A stretch of 64,000 nt of DNA from Eledone cirrhosa (taxonomy: Eukaryota), in contig OZ024742.1 in the NCBI GenBank assembly GCA_964016885.1, positions 160,456,001-160,520,000 on the forward strand, in the 5' to 3' direction. Shown piece after piece: positions 28,138 to 42,887 of the stretch (positions are counted from its first letter, which is position 1; each line of letters begins with the position of its first letter). Below the pieces are notes generated by a model. It made no database searches. It saw only the letters and a list, made by a program, of their open reading frames with translations, and was not told the DNA's origin. The position numbers and the translations under genes are program-made.

Positions 28138-29381
28138 AGTTAAGGGATTCCTGAAAAGACATGCCATTTAATCCGACGCTCTAATGCCACGGCCAATTCA
28201 CCATCTTTTCTTTTATTCTAAACAAAGACGCGAAACAACTCGTCTCAGTTTATTTACGTTCCCTTCTCTCAATTCTCAGTTCAATATATTCCAGTTCACA
28301 ATTGGTTTGATAGCTGCGGTCACTCTCAAACAAGAGCAACGTTAGAACGTTGCTTAAAATGCTTCGCTCAATTCATTTCAGCTCACTGCACACTAAGTTC
28401 AAATCTCTCCAAGGTTAAATTTATCTTTCACGCTTTCGAGATAAATAAGTAAATACTAGCCCAGTATTGGGGTCGAACATTCTCTCCTCCTCTCCCTCTT
28501 CTTCCTCCTCTTCCCCCTCTCTCTCTGCCCCTCTCTCGGTTGCGCTCAGTCCCCATAATTTTAACTCTTAAAATCTTGTGGATGGGATGGCATCCACAAG
28601 GTATTAAATGCCCATGATACGCCGTATTTTACAACGGTGAGCTTACGACTTCTTCATAGGTTAAGCGTCCTCGGGTGAGTGAATGGCCAAAAGAATTGTC
28701 TGTCAGTAAAGATAAAGCTGAACACTTAAGATCAGAGTTTCTAAAACTTTTTCAGATTATCGTTTCCCCATACTTTATTCATGCCCCATTTTAAAGTTGA
28801 CAAAAACTAAAAATTAAATTTTTATATTTTTTGAATTTATCTAACTGTTTATTGAATAAACAAGGGTATCCATTTTATGAGCAACTACTAATTTGTAATA
28901 TTTTTCCCTTTTATCCTTCATTCCATATAGTTTTTCATCGTTTGCCCCTACCGACCTTTGCTTCTCTGAGAGCCTTCTAACTTTTCTAAGTGGTTCGCCT
29001 GAGCCCACATTGGGAATCACTACTTTAAACATGTATTGCTTCATACAAGCCTGTATTAATACTAACGACACAAAGTTTTTAAAAATAACAAACAAATAAC
29101 AATTTCCCCAACAACAATTCCCTTTCATCTTTATTGCAAACAGGAAAGTCTCTACGTATTCGTTCGAGAAACAGCGGCCATATTTTGTGTTGATTCTATG
29201 AATCTGTGTTTATATCTTGTAGTGTAACAATTCAACAAAAAGTGATCGATGAAATAAATGCCAGGCTTCAAAAGAATAAGTACTGGATTCAATATGATTG
29301 AATAAAATCTCCTTATTGCTGTGCTGAGCATGGCCGCTGTCTAAACCAGTGAAGGAATAAAATAATAAAATATTTAGTAAC

Positions 29382-29705
29382 TATTGGGTTGGACAGCAAT
29401 TTGCCGCCGTCTTTCAAAAGGAGATATTTTTGTAGAGGTTTCTGGAAATCTTGAAGTTTGCGCATGCGCATATACATAAGAAGTGACGTTGGTATGCACT
29501 GTGTGTATTCCTCATATTTTGTTACACCGTCAAAGAAGAAGCAGCATGGATTTATCCTAATCGTTTATTCGTGACTGTTTACTTTATGACTTTAAATCTG
29601 GCTTAAGTACAGCAGCATTAGCCTTGAAGATCGTTCTCGCGGAGGACGTCCAACCGACTTCAATAACGAGCAACTATATGAGCTGGTGGAATACGACCCA
29701 TACTG
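29382..29705 (+). mobile_element. Old mariner remnant (left TIR-like end + N-terminal transposase)
   Basis: TATTGGGTTGGACAGCAATTTG resembles a mariner TIR. Translation gives FIRDCLLYDFKSGLS..LEDRSRGGRPTDFNNEQLYELVEYDP. Confidence 0.65.
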
Positions 29706-30337
29706 ACCCTGTCACAAATATTACAGCGAGTGCACAATCGATGGAATCAAACCCACATTTCACAGCTATTTTCTTTATCGATCACAGGGATGAAACGAAA
29801 AATTGACCCTACTGATGTTCAGAATCAAAACATTGAATATCCGGCCATTTTGTTTGCTATTTTACCGGTTCTGTTATTGACGCTGTCTATCTCTATCTCC
29901 CCCTCTCTCTCTCACACAACGCAATCTCTCTTTCTTCTTCTTCTTCTTCTTCTTCTTCTTCTTCTTCTTCTTCTTCTTCTTCTTCTCTCTCCCTCTCTCT
30001 CTTACCCCCTCTCACTTCTTCTCTGTCTCTTCGTCTTTCTCTCTCCCTCTCTCTTACTTTCTTTGGAAGAAATTAGCTGTGGTAAGATCTAGAAAGGTAT
30101 GGCCCCAAACTAGACGGAAATGTAATCTAAGTAAGATGAAGGAATCACATGAAATTTGGGAAATGATTGAAGGAAATCCACCAATGTATTTAATTCCTGA
30201 TGGATCGTATTGGACGCCGTCGTGATATGTTTACGGCATTTATACATGGCGGACCTCATCCCCCTTTTATATCTAAACACAGCCGATTTTCTTTAAGGGA
30301 AAAAGAGAGAGAGAGAGAGAGAGAGAGGGGGAGAGAG

Positions 30338-30433
<96 letters not shown>

Positions 30434-31177
30434 AGTGAATCGACACAAGTGCTCGAAAAGATGAAAGGCAAAGTTGACCTGGATGGGATTGGAACACAGA
30501 GTTGGAGAGCCGGAACGAATTTCGTAAAGTATTTTATCCAATTCCCCACCTATTGAAAGAAGCACAGAAACCACCAACATATTTGAGTACTTCTTAAGCG
30601 GAAATATTGGGTTTAGATTATTTCATGAAATACATCATGACTATCTGTGTCCTCCCACCTCCACTATCGCCATCACCATCACCCCCAAGTATACATATAG
30701 AGAGAAACATGCTTTCTAAAATAGGTTCTTGATATCAGTAACAACGCAGCAAAATGTCTACCCTTTGATATCAACTAACTAAGACTTGTTGACGGATCAT
30801 ATTGCATGCAGAATTGCCTTTCTACAAACAAGAATTTAACATAGAACACACGCACGCCATGTAGTTCCCTCTCCTCCTTCTCCCTCCCTCCTGGTGTTAA
30901 TATACATATATATATATACATATACACACAAATACACATAAATACGCACACACATACACCACACACACACATACATGCACACACACATACACACATACAC
31001 CCATACACACCACACCACACACAAACATACTCACACTCACACACACATCACACACGCGCACACATGCACGCCCGAGCACAAACACGTATTCTCACGCTCA
31101 CACACGCATACTCACGCAACCGCGCACACAGGCACTCACGCACACACACATAAACACGCGCACACACACACACACAC

Positions 31178-31232
<55 letters not shown>

Positions 31233-31567
31233 ATATATGTATATTTATATATATATATATATATATATAAAGATGGATGAACGGCTAGGTAAATGGATGC
31301 CTTTTTGTATGTACTATTTCAATAGATGTTGCTTCTGAGAGTAATATAAAGCGTTTGAAGAGGAACATTTGAAAGATTATTGTTGATGACAGGGAAATGC
31401 AGGCCTCCCTAACATTCCAGGATTTTTAGGGAAATCAACTATGAAGAGTATCAATGTAAACCTTCTGTTGTGATGTTCAACGGCAAAGGATTAAAAGAAA
31501 AAAGCATGTTAGCATCAAGATTTTAGTTATAATTTAATACACGCATATATATATATATATATATATA

Positions 31568-31796
31568 TAATATAAAACGAAAAATCAGTGATGCATCTGG
31601 ACTCATTTTATTGTGTGTTACAATTGTTTCGCCGGCAGACAGCTCGAAACACGATCATTGTATGGATCTGTCTGATTCTAGAACTGCAGGTTCGGCGGAC
31701 ACTTGCAATAATTTCGGAACAAATTTGTTCCGAAATTATTGTAACACACAATAAATTGAGTCCAGATGCATCACTGATTTTTCGTTTTATATTATA
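31568..31796. repeat. Fold-back element with an HHR 3'-half-like motif
   Basis: tataaaacgaaaaatcagtgatgcatctggactca..gtgttacaat versus attgtaacacac..tgagtccagatgcatcactgatttttcgttttata. The minus strand reads GAAA-caattg-TA-acac. Confidence 0.75.
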
Positions 31797-31868
31797 TCAC
31801 ACTCTGCTCTGTAAGAACATAGAGTGCTCAACTGGCATACCGCCTATGGAAGCATCATAGCTACCATT

Positions 31869-32115
<247 letters not shown>

Positions 32116-32120
32116 TTATA

Positions 32121-32153
<33 letters not shown>

Positions 32154-32305
32154 ATATAATAAAGCGGTAGACTCCGTTAGACTATTATTCACGAGTGTAC
32201 TCGATACTTGGTGTAGTAAAGTGGATAAAATGAAAAGTTCGGGACACCAACAGCTAGATCTGTTCGGATCTAGCTGTTGAAATGACAGGAGCTCAGCCGT
32301 CTGTG

Positions 32306-32398
<93 letters not shown>

Positions 32399-32574
32399 TT
32401 ATACTTGTGGAGGGTCATATTGTTATAATATTGGCAGAAATAATAACAGAACACACTCATTGTTTGGTTTGAGTTGGTTTTCGCTTCTGTATCTTTTATA
32501 TCTCCATACTTAATTTATCTGGCAATCAATGTTTATCATTGATTGACTAACGGTTAAAAATACAGATATAAATA

Positions 32575-33480
32575 TAATTGAATATTAAGAGAGATAAACA
32601 CAGACATATACATATATGTGTTCAAATCGTAAGGGACCAGATTCACTAAGGTGAAAAACATACTAACTATGGACAATAGGGTTTACCAGACTCAATTTAA
32701 GAATAAATCAAGAAAATAAATACAAACCGGAATTGTGGTAACTTCCAAATCACCTAGACAGCGTTTGACGATGCTGTTTCGCAATCCAATTGTGAATTAC
32801 CAATTTACGATTTGAACACATAAATGTATATGTCTGTTTTATCTCTCTTTTATATTCAATTATAATATACAGCTCGGAAAAAATTCTTTCCTTGAGCTAT
32901 TTTATTGTAAGAGACTATTTTGAGTTTCTAACTCAAAATATACCTTTGATATATTCGGCTCCGTTAATCTGTTGAGCTAATTTAAATGTCGAGTAAACTT
33001 GGCTGCTATTTTTAGTGGTATGAGTTTGTGAGACACGCTAGGTTCTGATACCACGTGCGTTTAATGTATATACACACGCTATTCAGTTTTCAGATATACT
33101 TAGAAGTGAGGAGTTTACTAATTTTTCACCCACTGATGAGCAATAAAAACATTGGTAATTCTCTTCACAATTGGATTACGAAACAGCATCGTCAAACGCT
33201 GTCTGGGGGGTGATTTGGTAGTTACCACAATTCCGGTTTGTATTTATTTTCTTGATTTATTCTTAAATTGAGTCTGGCAAACCCTATTGTTAATAATTAG
33301 TATGTTTTTCACCTTAGTGAATCTGGACCCTTACGATTTGAACACATATATGTATATATCTGTGTTTATCTATCTTTTATATTCAATTATAATATATGGC
33401 GCGGAAAAATTTCTTTCCTTGAGCTATTTTATTGTAAGAGACTATTTTGAGTTTCTAACTCAATATATACCTTTGATATA
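32575..33480 (+). mobile_element. pLTR-like element with an inverted 5' arm and a partial tandem copy
   Basis: 32575-32805 is the reverse complement of ~33150-33395; 32805-32955 directly repeats ~33330-33480. Confidence 0.85.
33126..33213 (+). ncRNA. Type-I hammerhead ribozyme with a stable stem III
   Basis: tcaccca-CTGATGA-gcaat...ggattac-GAAA-cagc-atcgtcaaac-gctg-TC-tggggggtga. The inverted copy has attgc, restoring the stem II pairing gcaat/attgc. Confidence 0.82.
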
Positions 33481-34570
33481 CCATTGATATAAATATATAT
33501 ATATTGTCTATCAAAGTTCTTTCGTCACACATCTGCGACATCATCAGTGGTGCTATTATGTTTCCTCCCGTTGTATTGTAATGCCTACGCTATTTTTATT
33601 TTATTTATTTATTTATTCTTGTCTCTGTCTCTGTTTGTGCATGCATTTGCGTGTGTGTTTAATTTTTGATATGTGTGTTCGTGTTTGAGCGTATGTGTTT
33701 TTGTTTCGACACACGATTTCAAATCAAAAACCTTACAAAACAAATATATATATATATATGTGTGTACGCGTACGTGTAAGTGTGCATGCGCGTGCGCGTT
33801 TGTGTGTGTGTGTGTGTGTATGTGCGTGTATGTGTGTGTGTGTGTGTATGAAAACGCGTGGCTCCGTGGTTTGATGATTTGATTCACGATCAGACGGTGC
33901 GTTGTGTCCTTGACTTTACGTTGCTCTAGTTCGCACAGTTGTAGAAATAAGTTGCAACGTCACTAGTACCAAGCTGTATCGGCCTATGCCTCACCCTTGG
34001 ACAACATCGGCGGCGTGGATTAGGAGACTGGGATACTTGAGTGACTGCTAGTTTTCCATAAAAACACTTTGCTCGAGCTTAATCCTTGGATTAAAATTAA
34101 CTTACTTACTAAAATTTCACTCCAATTTTAGTAAGTAAGTTAATTTTTATAATTTTCTCATTTTACGTCTTTCATATAATTGTTCTGCATCCCCTTGCAT
34201 TGAACCACAAAGTTACTAAAACAAAACCTATATATTTGCTAGCATAGGTATGCATCTGTATATATATATGTTGGTAGATATACTAATTCTTTATAATTAT
34301 CTCCAAATTATTTTGTTGAGCAAAAATTTGCCAAAACTACTACTATGGTTCATAGTAATAGTCAGGCTCCTGTCTTATTAGCACCCCACTCCTCACTGAT
34401 TAACCTCAATGTCACGTGATTGATTCTTTTGAATTTGCCACCGACCAAGTAGGCAGTGATTTTTTCCATGTCCAGGAATTTAGTCCTCGCTTGCTTTTTT
34501 CCATCCCCTGAATTATTTTTGTATAAGTTGCCTGTGTCCACGCATTGCCTGGGAACTTAGCTGAGAATAG

Positions 34571-34653
34571 ACTTCCTGATGACGAAAGGATTTTCTCCAT
34601 GGTTCCATTCGGAAACCATGTTTATTCCCTTTCAGAAACTAATTAGTTGGAGT
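34571..34653 (+). ncRNA. Hammerhead ribozyme with extended stem II and a GUU cleavage triplet
   Basis: acttc-CTGATGA-cgaaagg..catggtt-ccattcgga-aaccatg..cctttca-GAAA-ctaattag-TT-ggagt. Confidence 0.72.
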
Positions 34654-35179
34654 GAAATTTTAGTAAGTAAGTTAATTTTTATAATTTTCTTATTTTACGT
34701 CTTTCATATATATATATATACACACACACATATATAAATATATATGGACCCATAATTCCTGAAAAAGTCGTAAGGATGCCGTCATAAAATACGGTGGCCC
34801 GGTCTGAAATAACACAAACGAGATCTTCGACAGGGGAGGAATGACACAAGAAAGCGATAAAGAGATATCGAGGTATAAAAGGCAAATTAGATTCTATTAG
34901 ATTTTAACTAAGATCGCAAAAAGCCGGTACGAATACCAAGAATATAATGCATTACCCAACCCAAGAATCAAACTCCCAACCTTCTGATCATGTCCAATAC
35001 CGTAACCACTTTGCTATTAAAACAAAACTATTTAGAAAATAAATAAAGGAAAAACAAATAAATCACTTTATCTTTCATAAAATCTCAACTTTTAATTTTC
35101 AGAAAATTTCATCTAAGGAACAATTGGATTAGCCTGACCAATGACTTTTGAGTGATAAAAACTGCGCGAAGGCCCGTCG

Positions 35180-35236
<57 letters not shown>

Positions 35237-35689
35237 AAATATACTAAGAGTGGGAAATGAAATTTCGTTTTATTTTTTCCGTCTGTGTAAATATATATAT
35301 ATATAAATAATATATATATATATATAAATAGTGCTTAATACTACCCTTTCATATTTATAATTATATATAACTAATATATAAGTACAAATAATATTATTAG
35401 TATATATGTATGTATATATATACACCTGTTTGCATTTATCGTTGTTGTGGTCATAAACTATGGCCACATATACCTAGTCGTTTTATTAATGGTGTCACCC
35501 TTTTTAACTTCGTGTTTAATCTGGACGAAAATGAAATAATTTTTCACACCATTCAGCGCTTTGTGACTGCCTCAAACAATTCGATTGGTATCTGCTCTAC
35601 AGCGGCTACAACTTCAATTTATACCATACACACACACACACGTATATATATATAAAGAGAGAGAGAGAGAGAGAGGGAGAGGGGGGGAG

Positions 35690-36412
35690 TAGAGATTGGA
35701 AACAGCACGGAAAATATATCAAAAGAATTTGTTTTTCTTTTTTTCTTCTCTGTTCCGTCAAAGTGATATTATTGAAAAAAATGAGAGAAACAATTTTTTT
35801 AATAAAAAAAAAAACGAGTTTTATAATGTATATAACATATAAAAAATATTACCGGTTTCGATGTATCGGTGTAATACATCTTATAAAATGTTGAATATTA
35901 CAACTAAACACAATTAAAAAAGAATTAAAAATTAAAAATTTAAAATTAAGTGTTGAAGAAGATGAACAGACCTTCTTCAACACTTCATTTAACATTTTTT
36001 ATTCTTTTTAGCTGTAATATTCAACATTTAATAGGATGGATTACACCGTATCATCGAATCTGGTAATATTTTATATATTCTATATATATTATAAAACTCC
36101 TTTTTTTTTTTAAATTGTTCCTCTTTTCAATAATTGTTTCTACTTTAGGCACAAGGTCAGCAATTACCCAGTGCATTACTGGTACTTTATTTTATCGACC
36201 CCGTAAGGATGAAAGGCAAAGTCAACCTCGGCGGGATTTGAACTCAGATCGTAAAGGGACGCAACTATGCTGGAAAGCATGGCGTCCGACCCTCTACTGA
36301 TACTGTGAATCCACCGTTTCTCTTTTCAATAATGTCACTTTGACGGATAAAAGGAGAAAAAAAGAAAAACAGATTCTTTAAATATATTTTCCGTGCTGTT
36401 TCCAATTTCTAC
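35690..36412. repeat. Diverged fold-back with ~270-bp arms, interrupted by a SINE
   Basis: attggaaacagcacggaaaatatat versus atatattttccgtgctgtttccaat; centre aagtgttgaagaag..cttcttcaacactt. Confidence 0.85.
36135..36319 (-). mobile_element. tRNA-derived SINE, family 1, with a 14-bp TSD
   Basis: CTCTTTTCAATAAT at 36121-36134 and 36320-36333 flanks the SINE. Confidence 0.9.
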
Positions 36413-39400
36413 TTTTTCTCTATAACCTCTGTTTTGTACAGAACCTTACCCCTTTTCAAATATATATGTATATATACATTATTGAATTTGTCACGAATAT
36501 ACATAACATCTCAATGAAAAGAGATCGAACAAAATCTCATTCAGCGAAGCAAATACAAATAGAACATCTTATACAAAATCACTTAGGGGTGGATCCCAAT
36601 AAAGTTATCTAAAAGGTACATTTCACAAGCATCTTTCCCTAGGGATATATTCCCTGTTAAGCAATTTAAAGCTAGAAGGCTTCACTAAATTTCCCTACTG
36701 CTCCCTAAATGGGGAACTGATAGACGGTCCATATTGACTGCTATTTTTAGTGGAAGTTTTGACTCATCCCTTTGTCCGTATATACAAATGTTCACTCGTA
36801 TATATGTATATTCGTACGTATTTTTTTTATTCAATTGGTTCAGTAAATATTTCATAGACAGAACCAATATCTCAGCTAGACGAGGTATTTTTTTTTATTT
36901 CACAATGGAAATAAGATGATGTATTATATTACAAACACATTTACAAACGTTATTTGGGTAATTGCTGGCCTTGTGCCAAAAGTAGAAACAATTATTATTA
37001 TTATCATTCGACTTCTTCAGCTCTATCAGTTTGGACACTGATGGATGATTGACATTTATACTTTGTCATTTCCACCTTATCTTTCTGTCAGTATTATTTC
37101 CCATCACCTTGTAAAAAAGTCTTCATTATCCTTTCGTCTTCATCATTTCTATGTTGTTGTCATGGTAATGGATTGGCAGAGTCATTAGAGCATTGGAAAA
37201 AATACTTAACAATATAGGTTCCTATTCTTTACATACAAATCCCGCCGAGGAGGTTAACTTTGCCTTTCATCAGGTTCATACGATAAAATACGAGTCAACT
37301 ATTGAGGTCGATATTTCCCCTCCTCTCAAAATTGCTGGCCTTGTGTCTAAATAGGGAAACGTTATTTTCATGTTGCTGGTATCAATTATTATTGTTATCG
37401 TTATTCAATCTAAGGATCTCCCTAGTGAAAGAATGCTTCTTAGGGGTTTGGGTATTTGGTTCAAGATCGTAAGGTTTTCAAACACTTTATTTCACGTTGA
37501 CCCAGTCTACTCAATCGGTAAAAAACTAGTTGTACCTGTAACTTAAAGGGTCAGCCTTGTCAGATATCATACTGAATCTCCCGAGAAACTAAGTTACGTG
37601 TACACGTATCAGTGAAATGCTCAGTCACGTGTACGTTAATTTCTCGAGCAACTGGAACACTCGTAGTCCGAACTGACGAAGATCAAACAGCAACAAGGAT
37701 TTCTCCATTTGAGCTAGTTCAGCTTTAGTTCAACTGACTGTAGTTGCGCAATCAACCCGAATCATACAAAACTATGTCTCTTTCATAGTTAAACCGTATT
37801 GTCCTTATTCCCAACATTATAAAATGTGAATGTATTTTATACATTTTATACATTTATACATTTTTTTTAGAACTGCATGGCTTAATTTCAGAGAGATTTG
37901 GCTGTTATTTTTAGTATTTCAAACGACTGTGAAGAGACTCGTGTCGTCAAGTGTCAGTGTGTGTGTTAATAGCTTATTTAGGCTAATACAGTAGTTTGTT
38001 ATTTTAAGCCAAGAATTCAAATACTGCCACTGTGGTCAACTTTATATTTTATCCTTCCGTGAGTGGGGTGAGGGCCGATAAATAGAGTGTCGGTCAGAGG
38101 GTGTAAAACAAAAGTTAACCTAGTCGGGATTTGAACGCAGAGACCCGAAACGAATAACAGGAAGCATTCTCTCCAACATTCTAACAACTCTGCTAATTTG
38201 CCGTCTACATTGACAGACAACAGACTTAATAAAAACCAGGAAATTTTCATTGAAGTCCATTCTAAGAGAAAGAGTCCTTAACTCCTAGGGGAGTCGTAGG
38301 GGTGCCGTTTAAACATGGCGGAGCTTGTCCCTCTCTAGTTAGCAACACAGAGGCGGAAAGAGAGACAGCGGGTTAACTCTCATGAAACAGGTTTAATTTA
38401 GATTAATTTCTTTCATTTTAGACTTCGTAGAGATAATTCATTAGAAAACAAAATAATGTTATTTCTGTAATAAATGTATTGGACAAGTATATTGTGGAAT
38501 GTATTATTCCTTGTGAGGCTTGCAAATATTGTTTGTACTTACTTCTATGAAAATTAGAAAGGGATAAATATATTTCATTGTTGTTCTTGTTATTAGCCAT
38601 TAGAGTTAAACTTGTATTCGTGAAATTTTGTGTATATGAAAATTTAGGTAACATACTATATATGCAAGACCCGGAATTCTTGGTGGAGTTGTAGGGCACT
38701 ATAGTGACATATTTTAAACCTGGACGAGCACATCACTCTCCAGGCTTGAACGCAACCGGTATCTTCCAGAAAAAAAGAGAGAGTGATAGAGACAGACCTG
38801 TTAATTCTTCCGACCGACGGGGAAATGTCCCACCCACTTTGGGGTGGGTGAGGGATGTCTTCTCTTGTGAAAATGGGTATAGCTTTCATTATGTAAAATC
38901 TTTCCATTTTGCCTCATTTTGCCCCGCTTTGGGGCACTTTTTTTCATGGTACTCCCCGTTTGGGTTTTTAGAGATTGACAGGTCTGTAGAGAGGAAGTAA
39001 TTAAGGGATATAGAAGAAGAATCAACCCCTGTACAGGGCTGATACTGTTTTGTGGACCTTATAAGACAACGTTGACCTCGGCGGGTTTTGAACTCAGAGC
39101 CCAGATTGTCAATTCACCGCCTCAGGTAAAATATTATCTGAGGCGGTGAATTGACAATCTGGGCTCTCGCGGCCCTGGGAGTATTGATAAAATCAATCCC
39201 ATCATCTCCACAAGCATAATTTATAAGTGTGGACACGATAAGAAGGAGAAGGTAAGATATTAACATATTGTTTTAAAATGTTACTTACTGATGTGTTTTT
39301 AATGGAATGATTATAAATATTTGTTTATATTCTAATTATTGATTTACATATGATAATTTAGAAGAGTTTTTATTTGTTATTGTTGAGTGTACAATATTTG

Positions 39401-39514
39401 TTGAGCTGAGTTCAAGAAAATATAAAGATTATTAGGTTGATGTTGTTTTATGGTGAGATTATCATTCCTATTTATATCTTAGTTATTGTTCATTACATTA
39501 ACGTTGGAACAAAG

Positions 39515-40820
39515 CGGTAGATTGGCAGTATCGGTAGAGGGTCGGATGCCATGCTTTGACGCATAGAGTTACGGCCTTTTCCATTCTGAGTTCAAATCCT
39601 GCCGAAGTTAACTTTGCCTTTCATCCTTACGGGGTCGATAAAATAAATCACCAGTAATGCACTGGGTAATTGCTGGCCTTGTGCCAAAAGTACAATCAAT
39701 TACATTAACATTGGAAGAATCGTTAGAGCGTCGGACATGATGTTTTACAGCATTGAGTTACAGCTCTTTACGTTCTGAGTTCAAATCTCACCGATGTCAA
39801 CCAGATTTTTCATCATTCCGGGGTCGATAAAATAAAGTAATAATCAAGTACCTAGATCTCGATAATTTACTTTCTTTCTCCCCAAGATCGCTGGAGTTGT
39901 GCCTAAATTGCATGCATGGTCCTGTAACACCCGGGGGAGTAATTAGAGCACCGTATTGGCATATGGCCTTTCTATGGCATTGTAAAACCCGGCAGAGCCT
40001 ATCCCTATCCAGGTCGAAATACAGCAGATTTCTTCGAGAGTGAGATAGCGAGTGAGAGAATGAAAGTGAGAAAAAGATATAGAGGAAAAATCGACCCCAG
40101 TACGTGACTAGTACTATATTTTTCGACCTCTAAAGGATGAAAGGCAAAGTTGATCTCGGCAGGATTTGAACTCAGAGAGCAAACAGCCTAAACGAATACT
40201 GCAAAGCATTCTATCCGACGTTCTAAAGACTCTGACAATTTGCCGTCTTTGTACCTAAATTAGAAACTATTATAAACTATAACAATAGTCGGACAAAATG
40301 CTTTGTAGCATATAGCTTACGTTTTGATTTCAAATCCCAGCGGGATCAACTTTGACTTTCATCCTTCCAAGGTTGATAAAATAAGATACCAGTCAAGTAC
40401 TGGGGATCGATTTAACTGACTTCTACCATCCAAAACTGCAGACAGTGTGCTTTAATTAGAAGCCATTATTGTTGGTTCCATTTATGTATTAACCATCGAC
40501 CGCGTGACGTGAGAAATGACGTCTGTTTAAACTAAATTATGTTTTATCAAAATTCTGTTTCTTTGTACCGTGTGACATGTTTATCACAAAGTATTATGAA
40601 GCATGAATTAATACGTAATAAATCATTGTTAAATATCACTATTACTTTCTAATTATAGCTAACGAAAATTGGTTTTAATGAAAGCATATACGTTGGATAG
40701 AATACTTTGCATTATTCATTCCGTTTCCCTGCCCTGAGTTCAAATCCCGTCGAGCTCAGCCCTGACTTCCATCGTTTCGAGGTTGATAAAACAAGTACCA
40801 GTCCAGCACTGGTGTCGATT
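39515..40820. mobile_element. Cluster of about five family-1 SINE copies
   Basis: The gagttcaaatcc..tttcatcc..ggtcgataaaata motif occurs at ~39590, 39780, 40330 and 40735 (+) and at ~40130 (-). Confidence 0.8.
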
Positions 40821-42041
40821 CTTTCTCTACATCTCTTTCTCCCTTCCTCTCTATTAATTTCTCTCCTTCTCTGGAAGATATCGTCTGTGTTCAGACCTGG
40901 AGAGGGAAAGGCTCTTTCGGGTTTAAAGTGATGAAGTACTCCTTGTGTTACTACGCCACTCCCTACGACTACATCAAGAGTTATGGGCCCATACATACCT
41001 ATATTATTACATGCTCATACAGACATATAAGAATTATTATGGTATTACAGACAATATGGAATCCATTCAAGAGATTCATAAGATTGTGTGCTTTCATATA
41101 TACTTAACCAAGTGTGATATTTCTAGGATTAACTAGGATTCAAATGTTAAAAAAAAAAAAAGAGAAAGAAAATATTTGGATCCTCCATAAATGATAACCT
41201 GAAATTTGCTGTGTCGTTGTTGTTGGACTTCCGTCGGTTTCGACGATGAGTGTTTTAGTTGTTTAATCAACCGAAGAGCCTGCTTGTGAAATTAACATGC
41301 AAGTGACAGAACATTCTAATGATCTATGCATCCTTAATATATTTCTCAGGAAGATTCAGCGTGACAGTGTATGACAAGTGTATGGCTGGCCATTTTTAAT
41401 TTTATGAGTGGACTGGAGCAACGTGAAATAAGTGTCTTACTGACGAACACAATGTATATATATGTAAAGCACCACACTTTTTCCTGGCGTCACAAAATCA
41501 ATTGTGTACTTGTTATAGCTTAATTGCTATGAATTAATGTCTTGTCTTACTCCACTGGGCAGCGTTTGGCTTGTGTCAAACGCTGTGATCCCGAGTGTAC
41601 TAGCAAAACCGTTGGTAGGGGACGAAACTGCCAAGGTCCACCTCAACGGCCGATGGCCATGGGGTTCTGTGACTTTCGTTTGTATTTTCATTTTGTTAAA
41701 AACTATTTTTTAATATTCCCCTTAAAAAAATTGATTTTTGTTTTGCCTTGTCATCTCCGTTATATATATATATATAACCGAGAGAACAAGGCAATATATA
41801 TATACATATATATAATAAGTTATACATATCTGAGGTGGTCCCTTGATAAGCTGGCTTACCTCAGAACAATGTTACATATCTATGATATAACATTTCTGCA
41901 TAGTGACCAGCGAAACTGTACAGTCGGGGCGAAGAAAAAATAGGTATATTGTGTCTATTATTCCTTCTTATTTTATAATATTTTATATATATATATATTG
42001 ATATATATTTATATATTTATATATATATATACATTGATGTA

Positions 42042-42106
<65 letters not shown>

Positions 42107-42128
42107 TACACACACACATATATATATT

Positions 42129-42187
<59 letters not shown>

Positions 42188-42757
42188 GTATATGTATACC
42201 TTATTATTGTTGTTTGTTACCCGTGCTCTTGTGGTTGTCGTTACTTTTGTGGATGTATGAGCCCTTGTGACTAAACATGAATATATTATTATTGTTATTG
42301 TTATCATTATTATTACTATTATTATCCCCTATTCTTTACTCTTATTTATTGTTATTTTCTTTCTTTATTTGTTTATTCATTTATTTATGTACATCCTTCT
42401 CTTGCCTCATACATCACTACATGTCAGGTTAGGTTTTCGAACGGTGTCGACATTTAAATATTCTGACACTGCTATTCACATATGGAGATCAACTTCCTCG
42501 AAGATCAGGCTGTTTTGTCTTCTTCGCCCACTCGATTAGTTCTACAATTTTTTTCTTTCTGAAATTGCAAGATCTTGTTTTCATTTCTTTTGGGCAAACG
42601 ATATATGATATGAGCTGGAGACAATTCCACTAAAATAGTTTGACATTGATGTGGAGAACTAATAAACCGTGTAAGAAGGAATTCCCCGTGTTTTTAGTTT
42701 TAGTTTTAACGCCCTAACAATGGATTATTACTGGTTATTTTAAGTAACTTTGTGTAA

Positions 42758-42861
<104 letters not shown>

Positions 42862-42887
42862 ATATATGTATATATATGTATATATAT

